Positions 28,943 to 37,878 of a stretch of DNA of 64,000 bases are shown in pieces. The notes beneath the pieces are model-generated. The model made no database searches. It was not told the DNA's origin and was given only the letters and a program-made list of their open reading frames with translations. The translations under genes and the position numbers were made by a program. Numbering within the stretch: the stretch's first letter is position 1; each line of letters starts with the position of its first letter. The stretch comes from Candidatus Brockarchaeota archaeon (GTDB lineage Archaea > Thermoproteota > EX4484-205 > JAAOZP01): assembly GCA_017601245.1 (NCBI GenBank), contig JAFNJB010000055.1:56455-120454 (forward strand). Direction: 5' to 3'.

Positions 28943-29830
28943 TTAAAGATAGGCGCAATATGCTTAAAAAATCTGATAAAATATTTCTCTTGATTAAGTC
29001 TTTTAATTCTGAGCTTAATTCCAATACCAATACAAACAACTTTAGCACAACAACCTTATGTAGGAGGATACTTTATGTCTACTGTGACGACAGCCAGCCG
29101 AGTTATATTCTCTTTTACTTATTCAGCACCAGCTAGCTCTTTTCCATCTGGTAGGTGGCTAGGCCCAGTTCTCAGTGTGGCTGGTGCTGCTAGTGGAACG
29201 ACACCAAGCGGATTGATATATCAGAGTGGTGCAGCATTGCTTAGAGACAATAGTGTTACTTGGGCCCCTCAAGCATGGTATGGTGCAAGTCGAGTACAAT
29301 ACAAGGAGTTCCCAAATATCGGTACCGGAAATTCTATACTGTTCGTTACAAGAATGGATATTGGATCTGGCACTGTACTTTACAGACTCTACGTATATCG
29401 GTCATGGTCCGATTACGATAATGACGTTCCTGTAATATATCAATGGTCCCACTCAACTAATGATGTTGCTTTTCTAGTAGGAAACCGATCTTATGGTGGT
29501 TTTAATATTAAGCACTTTCAATTCGGTGTTGAAAGCAATCAGCCCATTAATGGAATAGATTGGCTCGTAACTAATACGAATATGGCTTATTACGATGGGA
29601 GTAAATGGCGTTATCTTCCAGGATATGCTACCCTAGGAAACGTATCACATATCACTTGGATCGGGAACTACATATTTGGCATAGGTGGGACTGAGTACAG
29701 GGGGGTTAATGTGGGCTATAACTCCACTGACACCGTATGGTGGCGATATACTGGTACAACCGTGAAAGAAGGAAAATTGTTATGGAGCGGTAGTGGAATA
29801 ATAAGTAGTTCAAGAACACCTTACCTATAA
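28939..29830 (+). pseudogene. Secreted Trp/Tyr/Gly-rich beta protein split by a single +1 frameshift in its signal peptide
   Basis: Frame A (…MLKKSDKIFLL) joins frame B (LSLLILSLIPIPIQTTLA-QQPYVGGYFMSTV…) at about 28990-28996, giving a complete n/h/c signal peptide. Confidence 0.7.
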
Positions 29831-29934
29831 AATATCAAGCAGAATAAGACTGCATTTTTCCACCATTTTTTAATTTTGGAAATAAGTGCATTTTTCTTCT
29901 TAACATTTTTATTCTTAAGCTTCCTGTTAAGACA

Positions 29935-30054
29935 ATGAGCTTCGAGGAGCATGAAGATAAGCTACATAAGAAGGTTGAAGCGAGACGCAGGGCCAGGCTT
30001 AGAAAAAGAGGACCATATAGGAAGGCTGCACTCGCCTTTAGACAAAAATCTTAA
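29935..30054 (+). CDS. Unannotated 39-aa Arg/Lys-rich small protein
   Basis: ATG 29935 to TAA 30054: MSFEEHEDKLHKKVEARRRARLRKRGPYRKAALAFRQKS. It is a purine-rich coding-like block in an AT-rich gap, with TTTTATT about 25 nt upstream. Confidence 0.6.
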   Translation: MSFEEHEDKLHKKVEARRRARLRKRGPYRKAALAFRQKS

Positions 30055-30153
30055 TTGCTCTTCAAATCAACACCTGAAAACTGGTTAAATCTGCTAATAA
30101 TTAGACTTAAAATTGATAAAGCTTAAGTTTCCCCTATTGAGGAAGCAATCAAA

Positions 30154-30966
30154 TTGGATACTCGATTAAATTGCGAGTTGATTTCTATAGGGAACGAACT
30201 CCTAATAGGTAAGGTAGTGAATACAAATGCTTCTTGGCTTGCCGACAAACTTACTAAACTTGGCGTTGCAGTTAAGAGGATTACCGTCATCGGCGACGAC
30301 CTCGATGAAATATCATCATGCATTAGAGAGGCGCTTTCAAGAAAGCCCTCGCTCATAATAATGACCGGCGGACTCGGACCTACTTACGACGATAAGACTC
30401 TTGAAGGTCTAGCAATAGCTCTAGGACTGAAACTAACCGTTCATCCTGAAGCTCTGGAAATGGTTAAGAGAAAATATGAAACTATGGGTGAAAGCCTTAC
30501 CGATGCAAGGATTAAGATGGCAAAGATGCCTGAGGGTGCAATACCTTTGCACAACCCTGTTGGAACTGCTCCGGCAGCCAAGATTTCCTGCGAGTCTACT
30601 ATAATATACGCTTTACCAGGCGTTCCCCGGGAGATGGAGGCTATATTCAACGAAGCCATTTCAAAGGAGATTTCGCTTTATTCAGGCTTTAAAATTGCTG
30701 AACACTCTTTCCGAATAGTCGGGGTTATGGAATCTGCTCTAGCTCCAATAATAAGCAAGGTTAAAGAACAGTATCCGGAAGTGTATGTGAAATCGCATCC
30801 TAAAGGTACTGAGGAGAAGCCAATTATCCATGTTTACTTGAATGCTTTCCATAGGGATGGAAACATCGCTAAGAGAATTGTCTTAGAAGCTGCTGAAAAA
30901 CTAATTAGCCTAATTGAAGATTCTTATGGCAAGGTTGTGTATCCGCTAGAGAATAGCAATGCCTAA
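30154..30966 (+). CDS. CinA-like N-terminal (MoCF-binding, COG1058) protein, probable ADP-ribose pyrophosphatase
   Basis: IGNELLIG, NTNA, IGDD, TGGLGPTYDD, NPVGTAP, LPGVPREM, YVKSHP; no PncC deamidase domain. Confidence 0.9.
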   Translation: MDTRLNCELISIGNELLIGKVVNTNASWLADKLTKLGVAVKRITVIGDDLDEISSCIREALSRKPSLIIMTGGLGPTYDDKTLEGLAIALGLKLTVHPEALEMVKRKYETMGESLTDARIKMAKMPEGAIPLHNPVGTAPAAKISCESTIIYALPGVPREMEAIFNEAISKEISLYSGFKIAEHSFRIVGVMESALAPIISKVKEQYPEVYVKSHPKGTEEKPIIHVYLNAFHRDGNIAKRIVLEAAEKLISLIEDSYGKVVYPLENSNA

Positions 30967-31409
30967 GGCTTTTCAGCTTTTTGAGCAAGAAGTTTGAAGA
31001 CCTCTTCTAAAAACAAGTGTCTCTTACGATAGAGACTATAGTAAGCTTCATAAATTATTGAAACTGAAATAAGTCCAATAAGGGCTGCAGACCAAATTCC
31101 ATGGATAAAAAATTCACCTATGAAGAAGATTATAAACACAACCATCAAGTAGTTAATGATGGTGATGGGTATTGGGAAAATTATCTGGGAAGACCCTATA
31201 ATCCTCGTCCCTCCCTCATCAGGATAAAGGTAAAAACTCATTTTCTTCCATGTTTCACGCGGTGATAAGCTTGAGGGATAACCATGTTCAACTACAATGC
31301 TTTTCCATGGTTCCTCCGATATTATTCTACAATTGTTTTTAATCAGAATGTTTCTCAATTCTCCATAAGCCCTTTGGGTTTCTAGGGAGACTACTTTTTC
31401 AATCAACAA
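30963..31409 (-). CDS. Hypothetical protein with two C-terminal TM helices
   Basis: 148-aa ORF: soluble N-terminal half, then two hydrophobic helices. Confidence 0.6.
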   Translation of the reverse strand: MLIEKVVSLETQRAYGELRNILIKNNCRIISEEPWKSIVVEHGYPSSLSPRETWKKMSFYLYPDEGGTRIIGSSQIIFPIPITIINYLMVVFIIFFIGEFFIHGIWSAALIGLISVSIIYEAYYSLYRKRHLFLEEVFKLLAQKAEKP

Positions 31410-31484
31410 TCTTCCATATTATATACTGGTTATTAAGTTTTTTTGAAATCTGCTTATTTTTCAGAACTACTACCTAATCTGTTT

Positions 31485-32399
31485 TTAATGCACTTTTGAC
31501 ATAAGTATTTCTCTAACTTCTTTTTGCAGATTTAAGAGTACTTCCCTATCTTTCTCCAATTGTTCTCTATGGTATGCGGATTCAAGCCCCTTAAGTATTG
31601 GAGTACTTATCTCTAGGATTATGGGAGATATGGATATTGCCTTCTGAACAGTTAATGCATAGAGATCCGTGCTTTCATCGGACTTGCTTACGTTAATTTC
31701 TGAACCTCCTATCCAGTAGTAGGGAATCCCACTGGGATCTTTCCTTTCTAGAATATAAATATAGTTTTCAAACTTGATTTTTGCAAGCGTGATTAACTTC
31801 ACACTGGTGTCTTTTTCCGATTTTAAACGGAAAGTTTATGTTAAGTACGTATGGTTTAGAAAGCAGGTTTTCAATCATGAATCTAGTTATCTCGGCGGTA
31901 GCTCTCCAATGAATATTGGAATTACTCACTTTAAGCTGCCTACGTTCAATACTCGTCAGAATCTCGACGCTGAAGGCTATTGCTGGAACATCGTTCAACA
32001 AGGATTGTATTGCTGCAGCTATGGTTCCACTAGTAAAGAGATTGTCGAGAGTAATATTGTCGCCAATGTTTATACCACTTACAATTATGCAGGGCTTCTC
32101 CTTAAGAATTAGCTTGAAGGTTATAACCACGGCATCAGCTGGGTTCCGGAAATGAGGTATACGTGCCTATACTTATCCCCATGTATCTTACTGGAAATCA
32201 TGTTTACTCTAAGAGGCTTATGTAGAGTTATTGACTTGCCTGCAACGCTCATCTCATGCTCCGGCTTTGCAGCTACAATCTCGCCAATCTTAAGATCTAA
32301 TAAGTGCCTCCAAAATGCTTTGAAAGCTGGAAAATGCACTCCGTCATCATTCGTAAGCAGTATGATTCTGCTCAAACCTTGTTGAAAATGATTCTTCAA
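31485..32399 (-). pseudogene. surE: SurE 5'/3'-nucleotidase interrupted by two frameshifts
   Basis: Three ORF pieces carry ILLTNDDG / SGTPADAV (split) / VSGINIGDN, TSGTIAAA, LNINFP / RKDPSGIPYYWIGG. There is a -1 shift at GGG 32141-32143 and a +1 shift at the T5 run 31812-31816. Confidence 0.88.
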
Positions 32400-32491
32400 C
32401 CCTTTTAACCGTTTATTATCAAACGTGTAGAGGTTTAAAGCTGTTTGAGAAAGATTTTTATTAAAGCCTCAGAGGGACGATTCGATGAATA

Positions 32492-32734
32492 ATGGCACAG
32501 TATAGGGTTGCGGTTAACAAGGAGGTATGCATAGGATGCGGAGTATGCTACTCTACCTGTCCCGAAGTATTCGAAAGCGATGACGATGGTAAAAGCCAAG
32601 TTATCTCCAAATTCAGGTCTTCACTTACTCAAAACATGTCTGAAGGCTTTATAGACGACAGCGTTGTACAATGCGCAGAATCTGCAAGAGATACATGTCC
32701 CGTTCAAGCAATAACCGTCGAAAAGAAAGGCTGA
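32492..32734 (+). CDS. Monocluster ferredoxin
   Basis: CIGCGVC...CPEVF and C...CPVQAI. Confidence 0.93.
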   Translation: MAQYRVAVNKEVCIGCGVCYSTCPEVFESDDDGKSQVISKFRSSLTQNMSEGFIDDSVVQCAESARDTCPVQAITVEKKG

Positions 32735-32772
32735 TAATAGGGCTTTTTTCTTCAAATTAATGTTTTTAGAAT

Positions 32773-33651
32773 TTAGAATATTATCATTGATATTGTCCAA
32801 GCTATGGCTGCCCCAAGTCCTATGTACGGTAGGCCTGGCTGAGGCTTTTTGAAGTATCGAACTACATGAAGTACGATTATTAATCCGACTAGACCACCGG
32901 TTAAGACGAGTATTGCAGCTATAGTTTTTCCAGTATTTAGAAAAGTCGATACAGTAAGCATATTCGGAAAGGCTACATCCCCTAAGCCTAAGAAGGCTCC
33001 TTTCCTCTCTTCTCCTTCTACGATTTTAAGCTCTCTCGGAACACTTTTAATGGGAGATACAAGCATTGTCGGCAAATTCATTTTAAGAGTTTTCTCAGCC
33101 AGGCTGACCATACCTCCAGACTTTACTGCAAGGTAATCATATATTGCCATTAGGGAAAGAAGTATTACGAGCACCTGCGGTGAAAGAGATGCTCCAAACC
33201 AGGCTGCAAGGCTAGCGCTAATGAAGACGCCAACTGCATCTACTATATACCACTTGTAAAATCTGTTAAGTAATATTAGTATTGAAGCGGAAAACAATGC
33301 TGCTATTATAATCGAAAACGGGAAGTTGGGGATTAGAATACTTATTGTCACGAAAAGCACTGTAAATGCGCTGAAATAGAATAATCCTTTTAAAATAACC
33401 TCAAGCTTAAGTTTCACTATTATCATTACTACCACAAATACGATTATTATTGAGAACATGAGGAATAATACATTCATAGGATTCTCCGGGTTTTCGAAGA
33501 GAGTTAGCTCATTGACTACGTATAGTGGTGCTAGTATTAATGAGAGGATGCCTGCTGCAACGTATAGTAGAACTATGACGAGAGCTGCTGTATTCAACCC
33601 TGGACAATGAAACCCGGCCTTACGGATAAGCTTTACTATTCTAAATCTCAA
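32773..33651 (-). CDS. Presenilin/SPP-like GxGD intramembrane aspartyl protease
   Basis: AIYDYLAV, LGLGDVAFP, QPGLP; about 9 TM helices. Confidence 0.92.
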   Translation of the reverse strand: MRFRIVKLIRKAGFHCPGLNTAALVIVLLYVAAGILSLILAPLYVVNELTLFENPENPMNVLFLMFSIIIVFVVVMIIVKLKLEVILKGLFYFSAFTVLFVTISILIPNFPFSIIIAALFSASILILLNRFYKWYIVDAVGVFISASLAAWFGASLSPQVLVILLSLMAIYDYLAVKSGGMVSLAEKTLKMNLPTMLVSPIKSVPRELKIVEGEERKGAFLGLGDVAFPNMLTVSTFLNTGKTIAAILVLTGGLVGLIIVLHVVRYFKKPQPGLPYIGLGAAIAWTISMIIF

Positions 33652-34846
33652 CAGGCTTTGAATCTAACTGTTGCCCTGAGCCCTCAGTTTCTTCTTTTAT
33701 AAGATTTTTAATAACTTGAGAAGTTTCAAGTATTCCAGCTATTTCCATGAAGGTTTTACTAGCCTCTTCTTCTACAATTGGTCTGATCGCATTCCAGAGA
33801 GTATCAGCAACTTCATCCATTTTTCCACATTCGAAAACGGATATTCCATATGATTTAGCTAGTTCTTTAGCTTTATCGTTTGCACTCGGTACTGCTAAGA
33901 GTATTGCATGCTTAACTTCTACATCAAGTATCTTAGAGAAGAACGAGATTACTGGAATTTCATTGATAGATTTATCTTCAAAAAATATATCTACTATAAT
34001 TCTGGTTTCTTCACTAGCCCTGTCCGTACCCGGCCTGTATGCTACCATTGTGAATGGATGCTCCAAGCCTGACTTACCGCTGAGGAAGACTGAGGTTTTT
34101 ACTTCCCAGAATGCAGACCTAAGATTCTTAACAACTGATCCGAGGTCGAGCGTTTCTATTTCAATTATTTCTTTTCTTTCTTCGTTAACACTGTAACCGT
34201 ATACTTCAAAAGGATTATAATCCTCCTCTCTATAGTTTTTCTCACATCTGCTACAGATAAATTCTTTTATCGGGTTCTGTGAAAACTCTCCGCATACTAA
34301 ACACTTGTAAAGAACTCCTTTCTCAACATAGTCGCCCCTTTCTTTTTTAATAGATTCGTTACACTTGGGACATATCATTAAACCATCGGTAACTGTGAAA
34401 ACAGTTTTGAAATCAATATATCCACACTTATTATGTTGAATCGATTCACCTCTCTTGATGCTGGTAGAGCCACAAGCAGAGCATCTAAGTCTAAGAGAAA
34501 CATTGAGAGACCCGCATTGTGGACACGCTATCCTTGTCTCTAAAAGCTCTCTAATTAAGAATCCGTCTTCAGCAAGCTCCTCAAGGATGTTTCTCACCAC
34601 CTCCCCCCTAGCATCCATGATTTTCTCAGCATCTACATAGCTTAATGCCCCTTCTAAACTGATTTTTGGCTCAATTCTGCTTATTTTTCTCTCTTTGAAG
34701 GCTTTGAGCAGGTTTAAGACTTCTTTCCTCTTATAAAGTTCCTTGCCACTGAATACCAGCATTTTCAAATACCTCCTTTTCTTCCTTACTAAAACTCCTC
34801 CTTCCCATCCTGCCGAAATAGACTCGTCCATTAGGGGGGAGTACAA
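33641..34846 (-). CDS. TackOD1-like multi-zinc-ribbon protein with C-terminal degenerate restriction-endonuclease-like domain
   Basis: wHTH-like ILEELAEDGFL; CPQC, CSAC, HNKC, CPKC, CLVC, CSRC; C-terminal GKSGLEHPF...KILDV...AKELAKSYGI. Confidence 0.78.
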   Translation of the reverse strand: MYSPLMDESISAGWEGGVLVRKKRRYLKMLVFSGKELYKRKEVLNLLKAFKERKISRIEPKISLEGALSYVDAEKIMDARGEVVRNILEELAEDGFLIRELLETRIACPQCGSLNVSLRLRCSACGSTSIKRGESIQHNKCGYIDFKTVFTVTDGLMICPKCNESIKKERGDYVEKGVLYKCLVCGEFSQNPIKEFICSRCEKNYREEDYNPFEVYGYSVNEERKEIIEIETLDLGSVVKNLRSAFWEVKTSVFLSGKSGLEHPFTMVAYRPGTDRASEETRIIVDIFFEDKSINEIPVISFFSKILDVEVKHAILLAVPSANDKAKELAKSYGISVFECGKMDEVADTLWNAIRPIVEEEASKTFMEIAGILETSQVIKNLIKEETEGSGQQLDSKPVEI

Positions 34847-35096
34847 TCATTTTATCAAGACCTTCAGGGGGTTAGACGATATTTTTTAAGCAGATGAGTT
34901 AAAATGCTTCTGTCAGTAATCATTTAGACTCACATCATTTAAAGCTAGTTTTTAAGGGAAAGTACCTCCTTCTCATGTTTAACAATTATCAATTATTTTT
35001 ATCATTTAAAATTCTTCACGCAAATCCGATTGTCAAGAAAATTTTAGACAAGATTTATATTAAGATTGGTACAAAATCCTTGCTTTCAATATCAAC

Positions 35097-37286
35097 ATGG
35101 GAGATAAATGGAATAATCAAGGAGAGATGCAGATGTTTCAGACAATCAAACAATCTGATAATAACCTGTTTGAGCAGGGTTTGAAGAAGATAGTTAAGAG
35201 AGATGGTAGAATCGTTGACTTCGACAAGAATAAGATAACCGAAGCCATATGGAAGGCAATAAAATCCGTAGGTGGACAGGATAGAGAACTTGCAGAAAAG
35301 CTTTCAAATCAGGTTGTTGAACGTTTAGAGAGGCAACTTAAGCCGGGTGAAATCCCGCATGTAGAGCAGGTTCAGGACTTAGTAGAGCAGGTTCTCGTAG
35401 AGAATAACTTGTACAACGTTGCAAAATCCTATATTCTTTACAGGGCTCTTCATGCTCAAATAAGAGAATTTGTAGATAGTTATCTGGAGAATAAGAGTTG
35501 GCTCGTTAGAGAAAATGCTAATACAACATACTCGCTACAGGCATTGAACTTCCATATTTCTTCTCAGGTGATATCGCAATATTGGCTTCACAGGATTTTC
35601 AATAAGGGTAGAACTGAGATAAGAGAAGCACATTTAAACGGTGACTTTCATATTCATAATCTGGGTATCCTTGGACCATATTGTGTAGGATGGGATTTGA
35701 AAGACTTGTTGATGACGGGCTTTAAGGGTGTTAGGGGTAAAGTCTCAGCTAAGCCTGCAAAACACTTCCGAGTTGCCCTTGGACACGTTGTAAACTTCGT
35801 CTTCACATTACAGGGAGAAGCCGCCGGTGCTCAAGCCTTCTCCAACTTTGACACCTACCTGGCTCCATTCATAAGATATGATAACCTTGATTACAAATCG
35901 GTTAAACAGGCTCTTCAAGAATTCATGTTTAACATGAATATTCCAACTAGAGTAGGTTTTCAAACACCTTTTTCAAACATAACCCTAGACCTTAAGGTTC
36001 CAAGCTTCATGGAGGATGAACCAGTTATAATAGGTGGAGAAACTATGGATGCAACCTACGGCGATTTCCAAGAAGAAATGGATATTTTCAATAGGGCTCT
36101 GGCTGAAGTAATGCTGGAGGGTGATGCTGTTGGAAGAGTATTCACCTTTCCAATTCCAACTGTAAACATAACGAAAGATTTTGATTGGGATGATGAAACA
36201 ATAAGGAAAGTATTAGAGACTTCTGCAAAATACGGCATTCCGTATTTCGCCAACTTCATAAACTCCGATATGAACCCTGAGGATGTACGTTCAATGTGTT
36301 GCCATCTAAGGCTGGATAAGAGAGAGTTGAAGAAGAGAGGCGGAGGACTTTTCGGAGCAAACCCGCTAACGGGCTCTATTGGAGTAGTTACAATAAACAT
36401 GCCGAGAATAGGTTATTTGTCTAAGAGTGAAGGCGATTTCTTTGAAAGGCTCGATAGGCTCATGGTCCTTGCTAAAGACGTTCTGGAAATAAAGAGGAAG
36501 TGGCTTGAAAAGTTTACAGAAGCTGGTCTATATCCGTATTCAAAGTTCTACTTGAGACATATAAAAGAGGCCTTCGGATCATACTGGAAGAATCACTTCA
36601 GTACTATTGGACTCGTAGGCATGAATGAAGCCTGTCTAAACTTCCTGGGATGTAGCATAGGAGACCCTGAAGGCTTAAGCTTCTCCATAAAAGTTTTAGA
36701 CTTCATGAGGAAGAGACTACAGGATTTCCAAGAAGAAACTGGGAATATCTTTAACCTTGAAGCAACACCTGCTGAAGGTACTTCTCATAGACTTGCTAAG
36801 ATAGATAAGAAGATGTATCCGAATATAATAGTTGCAAATGAGGAAAATGTCAAGAAAGGTGCAGCACCTTACTATACTAACTCAACTCACTTGCCAGTAT
36901 ACTATACAGACGACCTCTGGGAATACCTTAGACTTCAAGAGCCGCTTCAAATAAGGTATACTGGTGGGACCGTCGTACATATATGGCTTGGCGAAAGCAA
37001 TCCTCCAGTAGATTCTATTGCAACATTAATCAGGAAAATATGTGAGAACTTTAAGCTACCGTATTTTACAATAACGCCAACATTCAGCATTTGTCCAGAA
37101 GATGGTTATTTATCCGGTGAACAGCCTAATTGTCCCAAATGTGGAAGAATTACAGAAGTCTATTCTAGAGTCGTAGGGTATTTAAGACCGGTTGACCAAT
37201 GGAATTCAGGAAAGCAGGAAGAATTTAAACAGAGAAAAATGTTTGATAAAGCTATAACAAGAAAAGTTGTTGAGATAACAAAATAG
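35097..37286 (+). CDS. nrdD: Anaerobic (class III) ribonucleoside-triphosphate reductase with ATP cone
   Basis: IVKRDGRIVDFD ATP cone, GDFHIH, PYCVGW, RSMCC, EATPAEG, YTNS, glycyl-radical loop YSRVVGYLRPV. Confidence 0.97.
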   Translation: MGDKWNNQGEMQMFQTIKQSDNNLFEQGLKKIVKRDGRIVDFDKNKITEAIWKAIKSVGGQDRELAEKLSNQVVERLERQLKPGEIPHVEQVQDLVEQVLVENNLYNVAKSYILYRALHAQIREFVDSYLENKSWLVRENANTTYSLQALNFHISSQVISQYWLHRIFNKGRTEIREAHLNGDFHIHNLGILGPYCVGWDLKDLLMTGFKGVRGKVSAKPAKHFRVALGHVVNFVFTLQGEAAGAQAFSNFDTYLAPFIRYDNLDYKSVKQALQEFMFNMNIPTRVGFQTPFSNITLDLKVPSFMEDEPVIIGGETMDATYGDFQEEMDIFNRALAEVMLEGDAVGRVFTFPIPTVNITKDFDWDDETIRKVLETSAKYGIPYFANFINSDMNPEDVRSMCCHLRLDKRELKKRGGGLFGANPLTGSIGVVTINMPRIGYLSKSEGDFFERLDRLMVLAKDVLEIKRKWLEKFTEAGLYPYSKFYLRHIKEAFGSYWKNHFSTIGLVGMNEACLNFLGCSIGDPEGLSFSIKVLDFMRKRLQDFQEETGNIFNLEATPAEGTSHRLAKIDKKMYPNIIVANEENVKKGAAPYYTNSTHLPVYYTDDLWEYLRLQEPLQIRYTGGTVVHIWLGESNPPVDSIATLIRKICENFKLPYFTITPTFSICPEDGYLSGEQPNCPKCGRITEVYSRVVGYLRPVDQWNSGKQEEFKQRKMFDKAITRKVVEITK

Positions 37287-37371
37287 CTTATTTTTAAGAT
37301 TTCAACACGATAGTTTTCGGTTATATAACAAAACAGTTTTTAAGGCCCCCTGTCGATTTCTTAAGTTTGAG

Positions 37372-37575
37372 ATGTCATTAAGCAGCCTAGATAGGGCTGT
37401 TCTATTAATACTGGTGTGGAGCCTTTTATTGGAAATACTTACCCTCGCGTACTTTATTGCCAGTTCACAAATATTTCGCTTTGAATTTGGACTTACGGTT
37501 TTCCTCGTAATCATTACACTTCCCTTAATAATATTTCTCGTATGTAAGATTGCGAAAGCAAACCGTCCTTTATAA
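37372..37575 (+). CDS. Small two-helix membrane protein
   Basis: 67 aa with two hydrophobic helices; TATA-like TTTTAAG about 30 nt upstream. Confidence 0.55.
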   Translation: MSLSSLDRAVLLILVWSLLLEILTLAYFIASSQIFRFEFGLTVFLVIITLPLIIFLVCKIAKANRPL

Positions 37576-37746
37576 CTGCACACTACCATATTTCTTAACC
37601 TGACTAAAATTAATTATGTTGTTCTTGAATTACTATACACTATACTATACTTAATACTTTGATGATAATAAACACTATTTATGGGTATTAAACGGTTTCA
37701 AATCTTATTAAAAATGTTACATTTTAAAAAAAGTACTAAAAAGTTC

Positions 37747-37792
37747 TTTTACACTCGAGACTTTTTATTTTCTAAAAGTTTACAGTGTAAAA
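37747..37792. promoter_or_regulatory. Imperfect 46-bp inverted repeat upstream of the ABC operon promoter
   Basis: TTTTACACT...AGTGTAAAA outer arms plus AGACTTTT/AAAAGTTT inner arms; TTTATAAA box at 37837-37844. Confidence 0.5.
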
Positions 37793-37878
37793 TATCGTCC
37801 CATTGTATTTTCAATTAAAGTTTATTGACAGAAATGTTTATAAATAAAAAAGGAAGTGGGAACCAACGGTGAAAACCC

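Noticed and set aside
34888-34940. Minus-strand ATGATGT...CTGA as a C/D-box sRNA
   Set aside because: Box C is mismatched and there is no second guide or D box; the region is explained as a divergent promoter gap.
35065-35081. Third copy of the TTGGATA-N3-TATCCAA operator downstream of the nrdD TATA box
   Set aside because: Only about 10/17 positions match in AT-rich DNA. It is attractive because NrdD is a B12-independent RNR, but it is not supportable without comparative data.
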